A stretch of DNA of 64,000 nt from Protoeuglena noctilucae. Its lineage: Eukaryota. The notes under the pieces were generated by a model. It saw only the letters and a program-made list of their open reading frames with translations. It did no database searches and had not been told where the DNA came from. Position numbers and translations under genes: made by a program. Location: NCBI GenBank assembly GCA_958009085.1, contig OY253687.1, forward strand, positions 62,001 to 126,000, read 5' to 3'. This document shows positions 32,938 to 46,200 of the stretch, piece after piece; positions within the stretch are counted from its first letter, which is position 1; each line of letters opens with the position of its first letter.

Positions 32938-35900
32938 ATGGTGGCCACGGTGCTGCCCGACATGGAGGTGGCGCCGGACGTGGGCCCGGACGTGCCGCAG
33001 GCCAAGCCGAGGAAGGGGGGGAAGAAGTTTATGCTCGCTGGAGAGGAGCGAATGAAGAGGATACAGAAGCAGCTGAAGGAGCGGAGGACAAAGTGCGGGG
33101 CCCGCCATGCGCAATGCGAGCGGGGCTCCCGCGCCGGTCGCGCCGCCCGCGCGCCCCGAAGGTCGACAAACGCGTCCGTTTCCTTCGTATCTACGCAGGA
33201 ATGAGCGCAAGTGCGGCGTGCCGAAGCTCACCTTTGCGAACATGCGCGACAAGCCCATCACCGTCCTTTTGCTCCTCACCTTCCTGTTCGTCGTGTCCGT
33301 GTGCATCGGTGACTGCCGCGTGAATGAGTACCAAACCGGTCTGTGCCGCCGCGGCGTCGAGACGGGCCCCGACACGGCGCGGCGCGGCGGACACGACGTG
33401 TCAACGTTGCACCTTGCCACGAGGCTCCGCGCACCGCGCCCGCTCCCGCGCCCCCCGCAGTCTCTTACACGGCGTTCGGTCCTCCTGCGCCTTACGCGTG
33501 TGACTCGTGCAGCAGCACGACCACGGACGTGTACACGGGCAAGACGGCCTCGACGCCCTGCTCGCACGACCACTACTTCAGCAGCCTCGAGTGAGCGCTG
33601 CTGCTGTGGCCGAGGCCGCTTGAGCAGCGCGCTGCTCTGGGTTGCCCTCTGGCTGGCTACCAGCGCCCTGAGCGGGGTCTCTGTTGCAACGCGCACGGCC
33701 AAGGCCAGCCTTCCACCCCACCCGCAGGGTCGGCACGCTCCGCCAGCGTGACACGTGCATCCGCAACTCCGAGGGGCAGTCGTACTTCGTGGTCGACGTA
33801 CAGGCCAACAAGAACGCCAACAAACCCGATGACTGCTGGGCCACTTGGGACAGGCGAGTGATGGGGATGAGAGGGGCATCAACACACAAGACATGGGCAT
33901 AGGAGAGGGTTTCAACTGGTCTGGTTGATCGTTGCAGGACCTTTGGTGGTTGGTTTGATGGTGAGGTAGCAGAGCAGTGCGAGCTTGGATCGATCCCCTC
34001 TGTCTGCAGCAACACGTCCCAGTGGGTGGACTCCAAGCAGCTCTACGGCATCCGGACCCAGAACCGCAACAGCACGTGGCACGCCGAGGACCACTGCCTC
34101 CTCAAGTACAAGCCCTACACCTCAGGTGAGCACCGCGAGGGGACAGGGGCTGGCTAGCTGTGCAGGGCTTTGGGGAGGCTTTGGTGAGCGTCTATTCTGC
34201 TGACGGCCTTCCAGCATAGCGGCCGTGTCGCACGCCACGCCAGCCAGGGTCTCATTCATTTCATTCGCCTGCTCTTGCGCAGTGGTTCGCTCGGGCCTGT
34301 GGTGGCAGCTGGCCCTGGTGGCCATCGCGCCTCTGGTCATCAACCTAGCGGGCGTGGCTGTCCTGGCCTGGGCCCCCGGGATGCTCTTCGACGCCACCTT
34401 CGCCGCCTGCATCGTCTCGTTCCTGGCGGGCGTCGGGATCGCCGCGTGGCGCCGCAGCTACTTCGGGTTCCTGTGGGGCGGGGGGGCCGTGGTGGTCGGC
34501 ATCACCTTTGCCGTCGCACGCAGCGCCGCCAAGCTCAACGTCGAGATGGTGCTCACCACGGGTGAGACGACACTAGCTGTATTGTTTGTATTACTATGAT
34601 TGGCTGCCGGGTGACGCTCCAGGCGCTGTGGTAACCTCATCACCTGCCCTCTCACCCGCACCACCCCGCACCCTGCCCCCAGCTGCCCGGGTCGTTTCCT
34701 TAGACACGGAGCCCATGGTCGGGTCGGTTTCGTTAGTGGCCCTCGTGAGCTACGGCGGCCTCTTCTGCTGGCTGTTCGTCTTCATGCGCCTGGCCGGCCG
34801 CCTCACCGCCATCGTCGACGTGGTCTTCTTCCTCGGGTCCCTGTGGATCGTCACCTACCTCAAGAACACCCTCTGCGTCGCGGGGGCGCAGGTGAGCGCA
34901 AGAGCGTGGCATGAGTGGGGCACGAGAGGAGGCCAGGGGTGGCTCGACCTGGGAGGCCCCAGTAAGTGTCACCCCACGTGCCAAAGCACGCGACCTCTTC
35001 TCGTTTCTACCCATCATTGCGCTGTCTCGTACATGGCTAGAGGATACCAGCCTCATTCCTCCCCCACCCATATCCCCACCGACCCCTCGTGTTTCCTCGC
35101 ACCACCCCCAGGCGGCGGGCGTGTGGTACTACCGCTACGTGGACGTCCCCCAGCCCTTCCTGCAAGGCCTGCGCCGCGCCCTGACCCTCAACGCCGGGTC
35201 CCTGGCCCTCGGCGCCGCCTTCTCCTCCGCCTCCAAGGCCCTGCAGGTCACGGCCGGTTTCCTACGCACGCGCGTCACCGCCAGAATGCAGATCCTGGCG
35301 GCCCTCGCCACGGCCCTCGACTTCCTCCTGCGCCCCTTCAACACCTTCGGATTCGTCTACGTCGTCTTCCACAACTCCAAGTACACCCACGCCTGCCTCG
35401 ACGCCCTCCTTTTGCTGACCGGCACCAACGTGCGGTGAGGGAGAGGGGTGCGGGGGGATCTGCTGAGGGCGGGGCTAGCTGTATATGTCTGCTAAAAATG
35501 TAGGTGTTTCTGTGGGGCTATCCTTCAGTGCAGCTATAGTGCAGGGGATGCCCACGACGGTGTCGATCGATGTCGATGTTGTCCCTGTCGTGCCCGCTGC
35601 TTGCCTCACCATAGCAACTGATGTCCCCCACCCCCGCAGCCTCATCTCCGCGGACGGCACCATGGCGCTGCTGCAGGTGGCCGGGGGCCTGCTGTCCGGC
35701 ATGGCGGGCATCGGCGTGGCGTACCTGATGACCCACTTCTACTTCGCCAGCACCCCCCTCGACGACCGCGCCCTCTACTACGTCTACATGTACGCCCCCG
35801 CCTTCCTCTTCCCCTTCGTGGTCGGGTTCCTACCTGCCAACGCCCTCGAGGTGAGGGACATGCGCACGGGTGTGGCGGTGATGCGTGGGGAAGTGAACGC

Positions 35901-36930
35901 ATGTCAACACATGGGTGTTGCATGGCAAGCGCTGTTGAGAAGATGGTTGGTAAGCAGACACGGCGCAGTGCAACTGCGCACCCGTGCGCGATGTGCTCAC
36001 CTTGCATGCCCCTGCTTGGCTCTCAGGGCGGGGTGCTGGCCATCTACCTGGCCTTCGCGGACGACCCCCTGGTCCTGGAGAGCACGGAGCCGAACCTGTA
36101 CATGGACATGCTGGACGCGTGGCAGGTGGCCATGGAGGACGTGCAGATGGCGGCGGACGAGATGAGGCCCGAGGACCTGGAGGCGGGGTCGGAGGACAAC
36201 ATGAGCAAGTCGAGCGACGGGGAGAGGTCGGAACTGGACGAGACGGAGGTGCGTAAGGGGTGGGCGGGGTGGGGAGCGGTGGGGTGGGGTTAGATGAACG
36301 GGAGAGGGAGTAAGGCGGTTGGGGGTGGAGAGGCGTTGCTGGCAAAGAGAGCGTGACGTCTGATGCTATCCTGCGTGTTTCACTCTGTTTTACTGGCCTC
36401 ACCGCCCGCTGCCCTCGTCCCCCGCAGGTCCAGCAGCTGCCCAACGAGCGCATGCGCAAGTGGCGCCGCAAGCTGACCGTCAACCCCACGGCCGGCAACT
36501 CCATGTCCCTGGTGAGAGAGCGGGGTGGATGTCGCGGACCACGCAGCCAGTGTTACGCTTGCAAGATGAGAAAAATGTTTTTGTGGATCGCTTGATTGCC
36601 ATCGACCACCGCAAGCCCTCGCGCACTCGGTGACCCTAAGTCCCCGCCTCCCCCGTCTCGACCGTCACCGTGTCCGGTACGACCCCCCCCGCAGTTCGCC
36701 CAGGACAAGAGCCTGAAGAAGAAGGACGAAGAGTCCGTCTCGGTGCCGTCGCGGTCCAAGCGACAGAGCCGGGCCTCCCAGGTGCGACATCTGGGCCATG
36801 CTGTCACCATGGCTCCCATGGCTCTGAGACTGGGTCCTCACGAGCACCTCTGTCGGTTGCTCGTTTGCAGTTCCGGACCTCCCAATTCAAGATGCGGAGC
36901 ACGGAGAACTCAGACGAGGAGATGGTCTGA
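32938..36930 (+). CDS. Choline transporter-like (CTL/SLC44/PNS1) multi-pass membrane protein
   Basis: RDKPITVLLLLTFLFVV, a Cys-rich loop and many TM segments. AGVWYY..GLRRALTLNAGSLALGA, FNTFGFVYVVFHNSKYTHAC and AIYLAFADDP match the family. About 11 exons. Confidence 0.75.
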
Positions 36931-37366
36931 GAAGAGAGAGATGGTGCAACAAGCGACGGTGCGATGCGAGATGGCCTGACATGAGGAGCCCTTCGTGACT
37001 CGCGGCTCATTCACTTGCAGTGACTCTCACATCTGTACGCGTGATGCCCGTGACCCGCGGCCTTGCCGCAATGCCGTGACGTGATGGGGAGGAGAGGATG
37101 GTAGCGAGATAGCGTTAGAGAGACGGTAGCAGCCGTGTGTAGGGAGAGGGAGGTCTAGTCGGCGGGTCTTACCATATCATAGCGCGTGATGGCAAAGGAG
37201 AGGTGGCGAAAACAATTCTTGCCCATTTCCCTGAACGAGGGTCTAGTAACACTGGTGGCGCTGCCACTTCCGTTCGCCAAGGGTTGAACGTTTCAGGCCA
37301 TATTTCAAGCATGGAGTCTTCGACAACACCCTTGCCCGTTTGACAAAGTCACACTCTCCTGTATCC

Positions 37367-39214
37367 TCACGTCTCCCCCTCGCCCTCCTCCCTACCCCAC
37401 TCGTCCGGCCACCATCCCGGCCTTACTGCCTGCACCTCCCCCTTCCACCCCTCGACCGCCACGGCACCCCCAGGGCGCAACGCCGGCGCCACGCGCATCA
37501 CCCCCGCGCCCACGTGGATGCCCTCCTCCAGAGTAGCGCACGCCCTGAGGATGCCCAGCGGCCGCCTCTGCCCCTCCGCACGCACAGGCAGCCCCGCATC
37601 GGGGGACTGCCGGGCCAGGGCGAGGGCCTCCGCGGGGGAAGGCCTGCGGTACAGAGACAGACGCCAGATGAGAGGAATGCATCAGGGTATCTACAAGAGC
37701 AGGCGACATGGCTGGGTATGCGCGTCGGGTGCCTCAGCACACATGCTCGGTGCGTGGCAGGTGCACTTACCCTCGCATAAACAAAGGCATGGCCCTCTTC
37801 CGCACGACCAGGACGAAGTGCGACCGCGCCGTCATCTCCTGCCCCACGTAGCAGCCCTTCTGGAAGGACACGCCGTGGAGGCCGTCCAAGTTGCACTCCA
37901 ACGCCAGCGACGATTCTGGGGGAATCTCTGTGCTGCCCTCCAGGACACCCTGGGATCAGTGTTGGGACAGACGGTGCTTGATGGGTCAGGGTGGGGGCAC
38001 CGAGGGCCAGGGCTGCACGGCTCTTGATGTGAGTGGCGTGCATTGCGACGGCAGGGCTTCTCAGACACGTGCGCACGCCCAGCGCTGCTCTGCCCTCGCC
38101 TCGCTCAGTCGCAGCGCGCGGTATGCCTCCCGCGCTCCCTCGTCGCCCGCAGCCCACTGCCCCGCCCTGACCAGGCCTCGGAATCCCAGCGTCGCCAAGC
38201 GAGGGTCGCTGGGCAGCCCCGAAGACGACGCCACCTCCTGGCCCCGGGACCCCGGCACGGGACCCACGTGGCCGCCCGCTGCAACCGAGGCGCCCGGGGG
38301 CAGCGACGGGGCGGGGCCTGAAGAGGGGGACGATGATGGTGACCCGGGCGAGCTCTGGAGGTCCTCGGTCGAGGCCCCGCGCTCCGCTCGCGATGCCAGG
38401 TCCTCCGCACGCACAGGAGAGAACTCGACGGCGACGGACAGGGCATCGGAGACCTGGGGATGGAAAGGAAGGTCCAAAGTTGTTCCCGGAACGGTCTGTG
38501 CGAGTGACAGCTATCAAAGTGCCACAGGCCCGCTTCTGAGCCCGCTCAGCCCTGGGCACAAAGCATCAGCGCCCTCACGTCGTCCACAAAGACACGGGAA
38601 CGCAGGCGGTAGCGGTTCAGGGACTTGATCAAAGCCTCACGGCGGGCAGCGCAGACGTCGAGGAGGACTGCAGATCCGCGGAAGGGGCGCGTGCTGGGCA
38701 GAGGTGCTGACAACCATCGCCGTCGCTTACGACTTGCCGGGCGAACGTGCGAGGGTGCAGGTCGTGATTTCGACACGGCGACATCAGCAGCGCGCAATGG
38801 TGGTTTGACACACTTAGGACTTCAGCTCTCACCCTCCTCCGGGCCGGCCTGGTGGAGGTGGAGGTCTAAGAGGAGGCGGCCCTGGGGGCTCAGCATCGCG
38901 GCGAACAGGGGGCGACCCTCAGCCAGATGGGTGACGTCGTTCGTGACCAGGCCCTGCGCAGAGGAGTCGGATGGCACGGACGGGTCGCGGGGCGGCGGCG
39001 GGCTGGCAGGGATGGCAGGCGCAGTGCGGCCACGGCTCGCCTGGAGGAAGTGGAGGGCGTCTGCACCCTTGACGCGCACGACACCGCGCTCCGTGAGGAT
39101 CGTGGACATGTGTTCGGAGACAGAGGCTGCCAGCGAACGCGCGTGCGGGGAAATCATGGCTTGCCAAGGAAGGCACGCCCTCGCGAGGGCCCGCGCCCTC
39201 CCCTGAGCGGCCAT
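37367..39214 (-). CDS. IBA57: IBA57/CAF17/YgfZ Fe-S cluster assembly factor
   Basis: RGVVRVKGADALHFLQ|GLVTNDV, AMLSPQGRLLLD, YRLRSRV, DPRLATLGFR and ECNLDGLHGVSFQKGCYVGQE. Confidence 0.93.
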
Positions 39215-39695
39215 CCCAACTCGATGCGCTGCTGCTGCCAATAGGGCGACAATGGCGTGGATGAGGAAGGCCGGCTGGCCCCTAATCGCGGGCGTGGGCA
39301 GAGTGAATGCCACGGGATCGATCAGGCTAGAGGAGAGCGCTGGAGTTATCTCCCAGCGTTGGATGGGACGTGTCACATGCACTGGGCACTAAACAGTCCA
39401 GCTGTGCCGGCGTGGTGTTGTGAAGGTCGCTCTTTACAGGCCGCGACGTGCCAGATGCAGCGATGCCAGCGCAACAGAACAGTGACCCTTCGCGCCAGCA
39501 CAGCGATGCGTCACTGCGATCCCTCCATTCGTTCACGTCGCCTGTCTGCTCTGTGTGACAACCGGGATTTTGCATCTCCTGGTTCCACACGAAGTCTCGA
39601 GCTGCAAACACCCATCACTCTAGCCTCGGGTCGCGTCTGCCTGTGCGGGGGCTGCTAACAGGGCAACGCCGTTGTTTCAGGGCTGGTAGGGGGCC

Positions 39696-42600
39696 ATGGC
39701 GGACGAGCACCCCGAGGTCACGGACGAGCGGAAGGCGCAAGCGGAGGCAAGTCCCCTGGATGGCGCGCGTGGAAATTGCGATGATGCCTTATCCATGCCT
39801 TAGAGCACAAGCATGTATACACGAGCCCATGGGCGTGCAAGTCAGCCGTTCTCCCTGGTCCTCGCCGCGTCTGTCGGCGTTGGCGGCCTCAACTTGGCTT
39901 GGTTGACAAACGCGCCGCCCGATCTAGCCTCTCCGCCGGCCGATCCTGTGCCAGCTGGAGATCTGTGACTATAGAGCTGCATGGAAGGCTCGCACTTTGC
40001 GTCCGATGCCGCCGAGCGCCGCGCATTGGGCCAGCCTTCTGGAGGCGGGTGAATGGAGCGCGTGTCGATCACTGCGCTTCGAGCCGCTCTCGTTGCGTTA
40101 TTGGCTATGGTATGGTCGTCCACAGGCGGCCAAGAACGACGCCAACGCCAAGTTCAAGGACAAGCACTATGTGGCCGCCGTCGACGGGTACACGCGGGCC
40201 ATCGAGCTCGACCCGACCAACGCCGTGTACTACGGTGACTTCGCACTGCTGATGAGAATCATGTTCATGCGCCGGATGGCTTGGAACTCGGCTGAGCGAT
40301 GGGTGGAAAGCGTGGACGCTTCACGCCCCGCCCAGCGCGTGCGCCCCAACTCGTTGCATTCCAGCTCGATCCAATCCAGCTGACATCCGGACGCTGCCGC
40401 TCGAACATGTCGCAGGCAACCGCGCCTTTGCGCACATCCGGCTGGAGAACTACGGGTCGGCGGTGGCGGACGCGGACAAGGCGATTGAGCTGGACCCCAA
40501 GTACATCAAGGCGTACTACCGCAGGGCGGACGCGCACTTTTTGCTGTGCAAGTTCAAGGATGCGCTGAAGGATTTCCGGTGAGCCTTGCTGGTGGAGGGA
40601 CATGCGTGGCCGAACGTGCTGACGGGGGGCGACGTGGCTGGTGCTTGCCGCCCGTCTGCCCGCGCCCTGAGCCTTTGCCGCTTGCCCTTCCCCCCAGCAT
40701 TGCGGCACGCGTGGCCCCGAATGACCCCGACCTGCGGAAGAAGCTCGTGGAGTGCGAGAAGGCCGTCAAGAGGATTCGGTTCGAGGAGGCGCTGGCGAGG
40801 CCCGAGGACTACAAGAAAGGGTTCGATACGGCGAAGGAGCTGTGCCGGTCGATGGCGGTGCCCGAAGAGTACAAGGGGCCGAGGTGAGGGAGCGGTGGCA
40901 GAGGGGACAGAGGAGCGAGGGAGAGCGATGGCACAGGCGCCGGAGGTGCAGGGGCACGTGGGCTGAGAGACGACATGTGGGACATGCTGGTCTTGGCATG
41001 GCGTGTTTAGAGCGTTGTAGGGGACGAGTGGGTGTCCTTCACGTGCAGGATGGCGGGGTCGGAGGAGGAGGGGTGGCGAGTGACGCGGGACTTCGTGCTG
41101 GAGATGGTGCGGGAGTTCAAGGAGCAGAAGAGCATCCACCCGCGGTTCGCTTTCGAAATCCTATTCCAGGCGGACGAGGTGCGGAGTGGGTGCGGGGCGC
41201 GGGGTGCATTTATGAAGGGGGGCACTCCATGCCCTTTGCCCTGCCGATGCTGAGCGACGCTCTTGCACCCCCCACCACACACTGTCGCCCTGTCATCTGT
41301 GTTCTGCAGATCCTTCGCAAGCTGCCCTCGTTGGTGGACCTGGACACCCCGGACGGCAAGCACGTGACGGTGTGTGGGGACGTGCACGGGCAGTTCTACG
41401 ACCTCCTCCGCATCTTCGAAATGAACGGCATGCCCAGGTGGGTGGAGTGCTACGAAGCATGCCTCGGTATGCACAGGGTTGGTGACGGGAACAGAGCAGG
41501 GTCGAGCAATGTAGATTAGAGGGCAGGTGTCGCATACATCGCGCTGCAACACTGCACGTGCGTGTTCCTCGCAGCAACGAGAACCCGTACCTGTTCAACG
41601 GTGACTTCGTGGACCGCGGCTCCTTCTCCGTGGAGGTCATGTTCACGCTCCTGGCCTTCAAGGTGGCAGACCCGGACAGCATGCACCTGACGCGGGGGAA
41701 CCACGAGACGCGCACGATGAACAAGATCTACGGATTCGAGGGGGAGGTCAAGGCCAAGGTGGGGATGGCGGGGCGACAGCACCTGCATGCGGGGCGTGTC
41801 GCGTAGCAGTGGCGGTCCTTCCGTCATGCCAGGGTTTGCATCCTGTGAGCCACCCAAGCTCAAGCGCATGCGTTGGCTCTTCTATCTCCACGACCTCTTC
41901 CTGTCGCTCCTGGCCCGCAGTTCACGGCGCTCATGGCCGAGGTGTTCAGCGAGCTCTTCTGCCACCTCCCCATCGCGTACGTCTTGAACAAGAAGGTGTT
42001 CGTGGTGAGTCACCATGCCAGCTTACATCGTTCTCGAGCACAGAATCTGGCGTAAGGGGGAGAGCCTCACCCTTTCATACCTGCAAACCCCGTGTCGGCA
42101 CGCGTGATGCCACCGAAGCAGGATGCTCGCCTGGCTGTGGTACCAAGCAAGTCTGAGAGACGTGCTGTCTTACACAATACAGGTACACGGGGGCCTGCAC
42201 GAGAAGGACGGCGTCAAGCTCAGTGACATCCGCAACATTGATCGGGACCGGGAGCCGCCCGAGGGTGGGCTCATGTGCGACTTGCTGTGGTCGGACCCGC
42301 ATGACGGCCTCGGCCGGGCGCCTTCGAAGCGTGGGACGGGTAAGTAGGGGACCTGATCAAAGGCATGGTCACACTGCGGAGCGCGCGAGCATGCTGCATC
42401 TCCGCCCGTGCCCGTGTCGCTTCCGCAGGGGTGCAGTTCGGCAAGGACATGACGAAGCGCTTCTTGGAAGAAAACGGCCTGTCGCTGGTGAGCCTGCCTG
42501 CACGAGCGGCAGGGCCTGTCTGCCTACGCCCGATTGCGGTGCCAAGCCGGTTAGGCAGGTCAAAGTTGCTGCACCCGCCAACCCTTGCAGGTGGTGCGGT

Positions 42601-42920
42601 CGCACGAGGTCAAGGAGGAGGGCTACGAGGTGCAGCACGATGGGTACTGCATCACGGTCTTCTCGGCACCCAACTACTGGTGAGACTCTCGCTGAGCAGC
42701 GGTCTGCGCATCTCCAGGACAGTGGTGTCTGAACGACGCACAAAACGGCACACCGGACCGTGACACGCGGACCCCGCCGCCTCCTCGTGCCCGCAGCGAC
42801 CAGATGGGGAACAAGGGCGCCTTCATCCGGTTCACAGCTCCCGACATGGCCCCGCACCCACCCGTGCGCCCGATGGCATATGCCAACCCGTTCCTGACCA
42901 TGTCCATGATGGGCTCATAG
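39696..42920 (+). CDS. PP5: Serine/threonine protein phosphatase 5 (TPR plus PPP domain)
   Basis: TPR ([31 protein letters not shown]), [58 protein letters not shown] and PMAYAN. Confidence 0.97.
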
Positions 42921-43270
42921 ATAGCCTCTGGGAGAGGATCCGGTTCCCTTGTCCCCCAGGGTCCCTGGCGCCCCCAATAGCACCTTAGCCGCCCTGCAGA
43001 TAGCTGTTTAGAGGTTCGATACTCCAGTATTGAAGCTACAGCCGACGTCGAGTGGAACCTGACACACGCGCGCCTCTGTCGCCCTCTGGCGCAAAGGAGC
43101 CTTTTCCCCCCCGATGTCGCCCTCGCCGCTGCCACGCCACAGCTCTGCACGTGTCATCGGAGGGCAGTGTTAGCGGCATCGGCGTGTGGGGTGTTCGGGG
43201 GAGATGATTGGGCCGTTGGTTGGCCCCCAGGCGCCCAGGCCCTGAGCCGGATCGGTCGTCCAGCGCACGA

Positions 43271-46200
43271 ATGAGTAGTTTTGTCGGCGGGCGGCCCAAG
43301 CGGCCGAAGCGCCCGTCTGCCGTGGCCCCCGTGGGCCCGAGCGGGACGGGGGCCGGGTTTGTGCAGAGCGTGGGGCCCGGCGGAGGGTCCCGGCCGTCCT
43401 CCGGTTACGGGGATAGGGAGAGACCTTCATCCAGCAGAGGTGAGACGCACGCTCGCCCGGACACGAGGCAGTTGAGTCTCCTCGCGGTTGGGACGGGGAG
43501 ACGCGCCCGTGGAGACGGCGTTCCATCAATAGGGGGGCACGGTTTGCTTGGGGAGACCGCGCCCGCTCGGCATCGTTTCTCCCGGGCTCGGGGTCCTTTC
43601 CGTCGCGATGGGGGCGCGCCTGGGCCCCGCATTGGCGCTGAGAGGGTCCGTAATCCTGCACGATAGTTCCCTGCTCGCTATCACGCAATCCGGCCTCCCG
43701 CCATGTCGCCCGGTGGTCGCGCCGAGAGCCCCCTTGCACGGGTCCCCGTTCGGGGCGTCCAGCGCCTCCTTCGGCATCCGCCCGCCGTGATTTCGCGTGG
43801 TCGCTCCTTTGTTTCCTCTGGATGCCGTGGGGATGGGCGACAGATGCTTTCGGCGCGGGAGGGGGCCCGAAATAACGCTGCCCGGGGAGGTGCCTCCCGG
43901 AGGGCGGGCCTCGCCCTCCGAGATGAAGTCGTGGCAATGCGAGGTGCTTATTTGCGTGCGCTCGCGCCGCGGCGTCGGCGTCGGACGCCTCGGCGGGCCC
44001 CGGGGCCCTCGCCAGGGGGTCAACCCTCGCCTGCGACCGCGCACGGCCGTCGGCTCGCTCAGCACTGGCGATCCCCACCTCCGCAGTGAGGCCTGCGATG
44101 CCATCGTTCGCTCCGGAGGCGCCCCCGAGTCCCGGGGGAGGCACGCCCGGCCGTCCTCGCGCCCCGCCTGGCAGCAGGCCCTGGGACAGGTGTGGGCGTG
44201 TTCGCGGCGCTGGGATCGCTCCTTCGGTCATAGTTTCGCTTCATGCGTCCTACGGAGAGCCCGGGCGGTCGTTGGCTGCTCTCCACCGCGCCTCCCACGC
44301 CCTCGCACCGTTGGCACTCGCAGCTCCACCGCGACCGCGCGACCGCCCCGCGGCGGCCGACGCCTCATCGAAGGAGACCGTCCGCGGATGTTCTCTCCCG
44401 TCGCCGGCCCGGTGGTCCCGCAGCCGGCGCCCAAGGCCAAGGGGAACGCCACGCGCATTGCCGCCAGCATCTACCTCGCGAGCAGCGTGCCGTCCCCCAG
44501 TGGGGCCGTGCACCGACCCCGGTCATCCACGGGGTCGCGGACGTCCCGCGTGGTGAGCCGCCCGCCGGCGCCGGGCTGCCCAGGCCTCATGCTGCTTGCG
44601 AGCAGCAACGCGTGCTTCCGCCCCCTCTGCGCCCTCCCATATCAGCCCCGCTTGCCCTCCGACGCTCCGCAGGAGACGCTGGTGGCGCCGAGCGCAGCCA
44701 CGGCCCCGGTCGGCCCCACGGGCCGGTCGACGATCCAGCGCGCCAGCACGGCACCCAGCCCGCACCCCCAGGCGGGCGGCCTGGGCCCGGCGCCCGACGT
44801 CGACCCCCGCGTGCGGCCCGCGGGCTTTGCGCGCACGTGGGGCCCGACACCCGGCGCGGCGGGGTACCCTCAGCCCGTGCACCTGGCCCCGGGCTCCTTT
44901 ACGGTGGCGCACTTCACGGGGGCGTACCTCCCGTCGGCGGCCGGGGCGCGCGCCGTACCGCCCGAGGCCCTCCGGCCGCGGCAGAACAACTTCGTGGCGT
45001 CGGCGGGCACCTCGCAGTCGAGCGTGGGCGGGGGCCCGTCCCAGGGCGTGATGGGTGCCGGGCGCGGGAGGGGCAGCGGGGCCAGCGGGGGTCGGGCCGG
45101 GGGCGAGGCGGAGGGGGAGCCCCAGGGGCCNNNNNNNNNNNNNNNNNNNNNNNNNNNNNNNNNNNNNNNNNNNNNNNNNNNNNNNNNNNNNNNNNNNNNN
45201 NNNNNNNNNNNNNNNNNNNNNNNNNNNNNNNNNNNNNNNNNNNNNNNNNNNNNNNNNNNNNNNNNNNNNNNNNNNNNNNNNNNNNNNNNNNNNNNNNNNN
45301 NNNNNNNNNNNNNNNNNNNNNNNNNNNNNNGGCCCCCGTGGCCACGATCGTCGATGATTTGCCTACGACGGAGCACGCAACGCTAGCTTCTTATTGAACC
45401 GATTGGGTCGAGTTGTGACTGACGATTCGTTGCCAGGGAGTGCATGGACAGCAGCCCTGCTGCTGTCTTCAAGCCGTTCAGCCCATTCCCTGCATATCAC
45501 GTCGCTCTTATGCAATGCGTCTGCTGGAAAATCTTGGGCCGACAGCAGTGACAGCACGCACGAAGCAGGTGCGCGCCCTAGGGGACCGGGGAGGCCACCC
45601 CGCGATGGAAACACGACGTGCTTGATCTCCTGTGTGCGGCGGATATCCAATGCGGGCCTTGGACGGGCCCGGGCCGGGCCCAGAGTCGTCGGCGGGGGTG
45701 GCCATCGGATCACAGGCCACCAACGCCGAGTCGGACTCGTCCATATCATCTTTCCGACGGTAAGAATCTGCCTTGCAGCTCTAGCGGCCGACTGGCTGAG
45801 CTGCGGATCCGCCGTCGGCTTCAACATTAGCAACGCTCTCTCGACCCGTCCCCCCGCCAGGTTTCTCAACCATCACCTGGGGAGCCTGGACCCGAACGAT
45901 GTCTCGGGTCACGACGTGTCGGGGCTGCTGGAGGGCTTGCGCCTAGAGCACGGGCCTGCAGACCTCGCGGGCCAGGCGGTCCCCAGCAAGCCACGCCAGC
46001 ATCAGGCTTCCACCGGTGCGTATGCACATTGTTAGCGTATGGCCGGTTGTCTGGTGAATGCCGGCTGGATAGTTGTGCTTGCCATGCGCGCAACAGGCAT
46101 CGTGCTGCCTACAGTTGGGACATTCTTGTATCGTGCACGCTCTTTCGGCACGCAGCGAAGCGGCCCCGTGAGGAGGATGAAGTCGAGTCTCCGTTCGCAC

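Noticed and set aside
45125..45336. GGCC on both sides of the N gap as a biological junction
   Set aside because: A four-base match in very GC-rich DNA at a fixed-size scaffold gap is uninformative.
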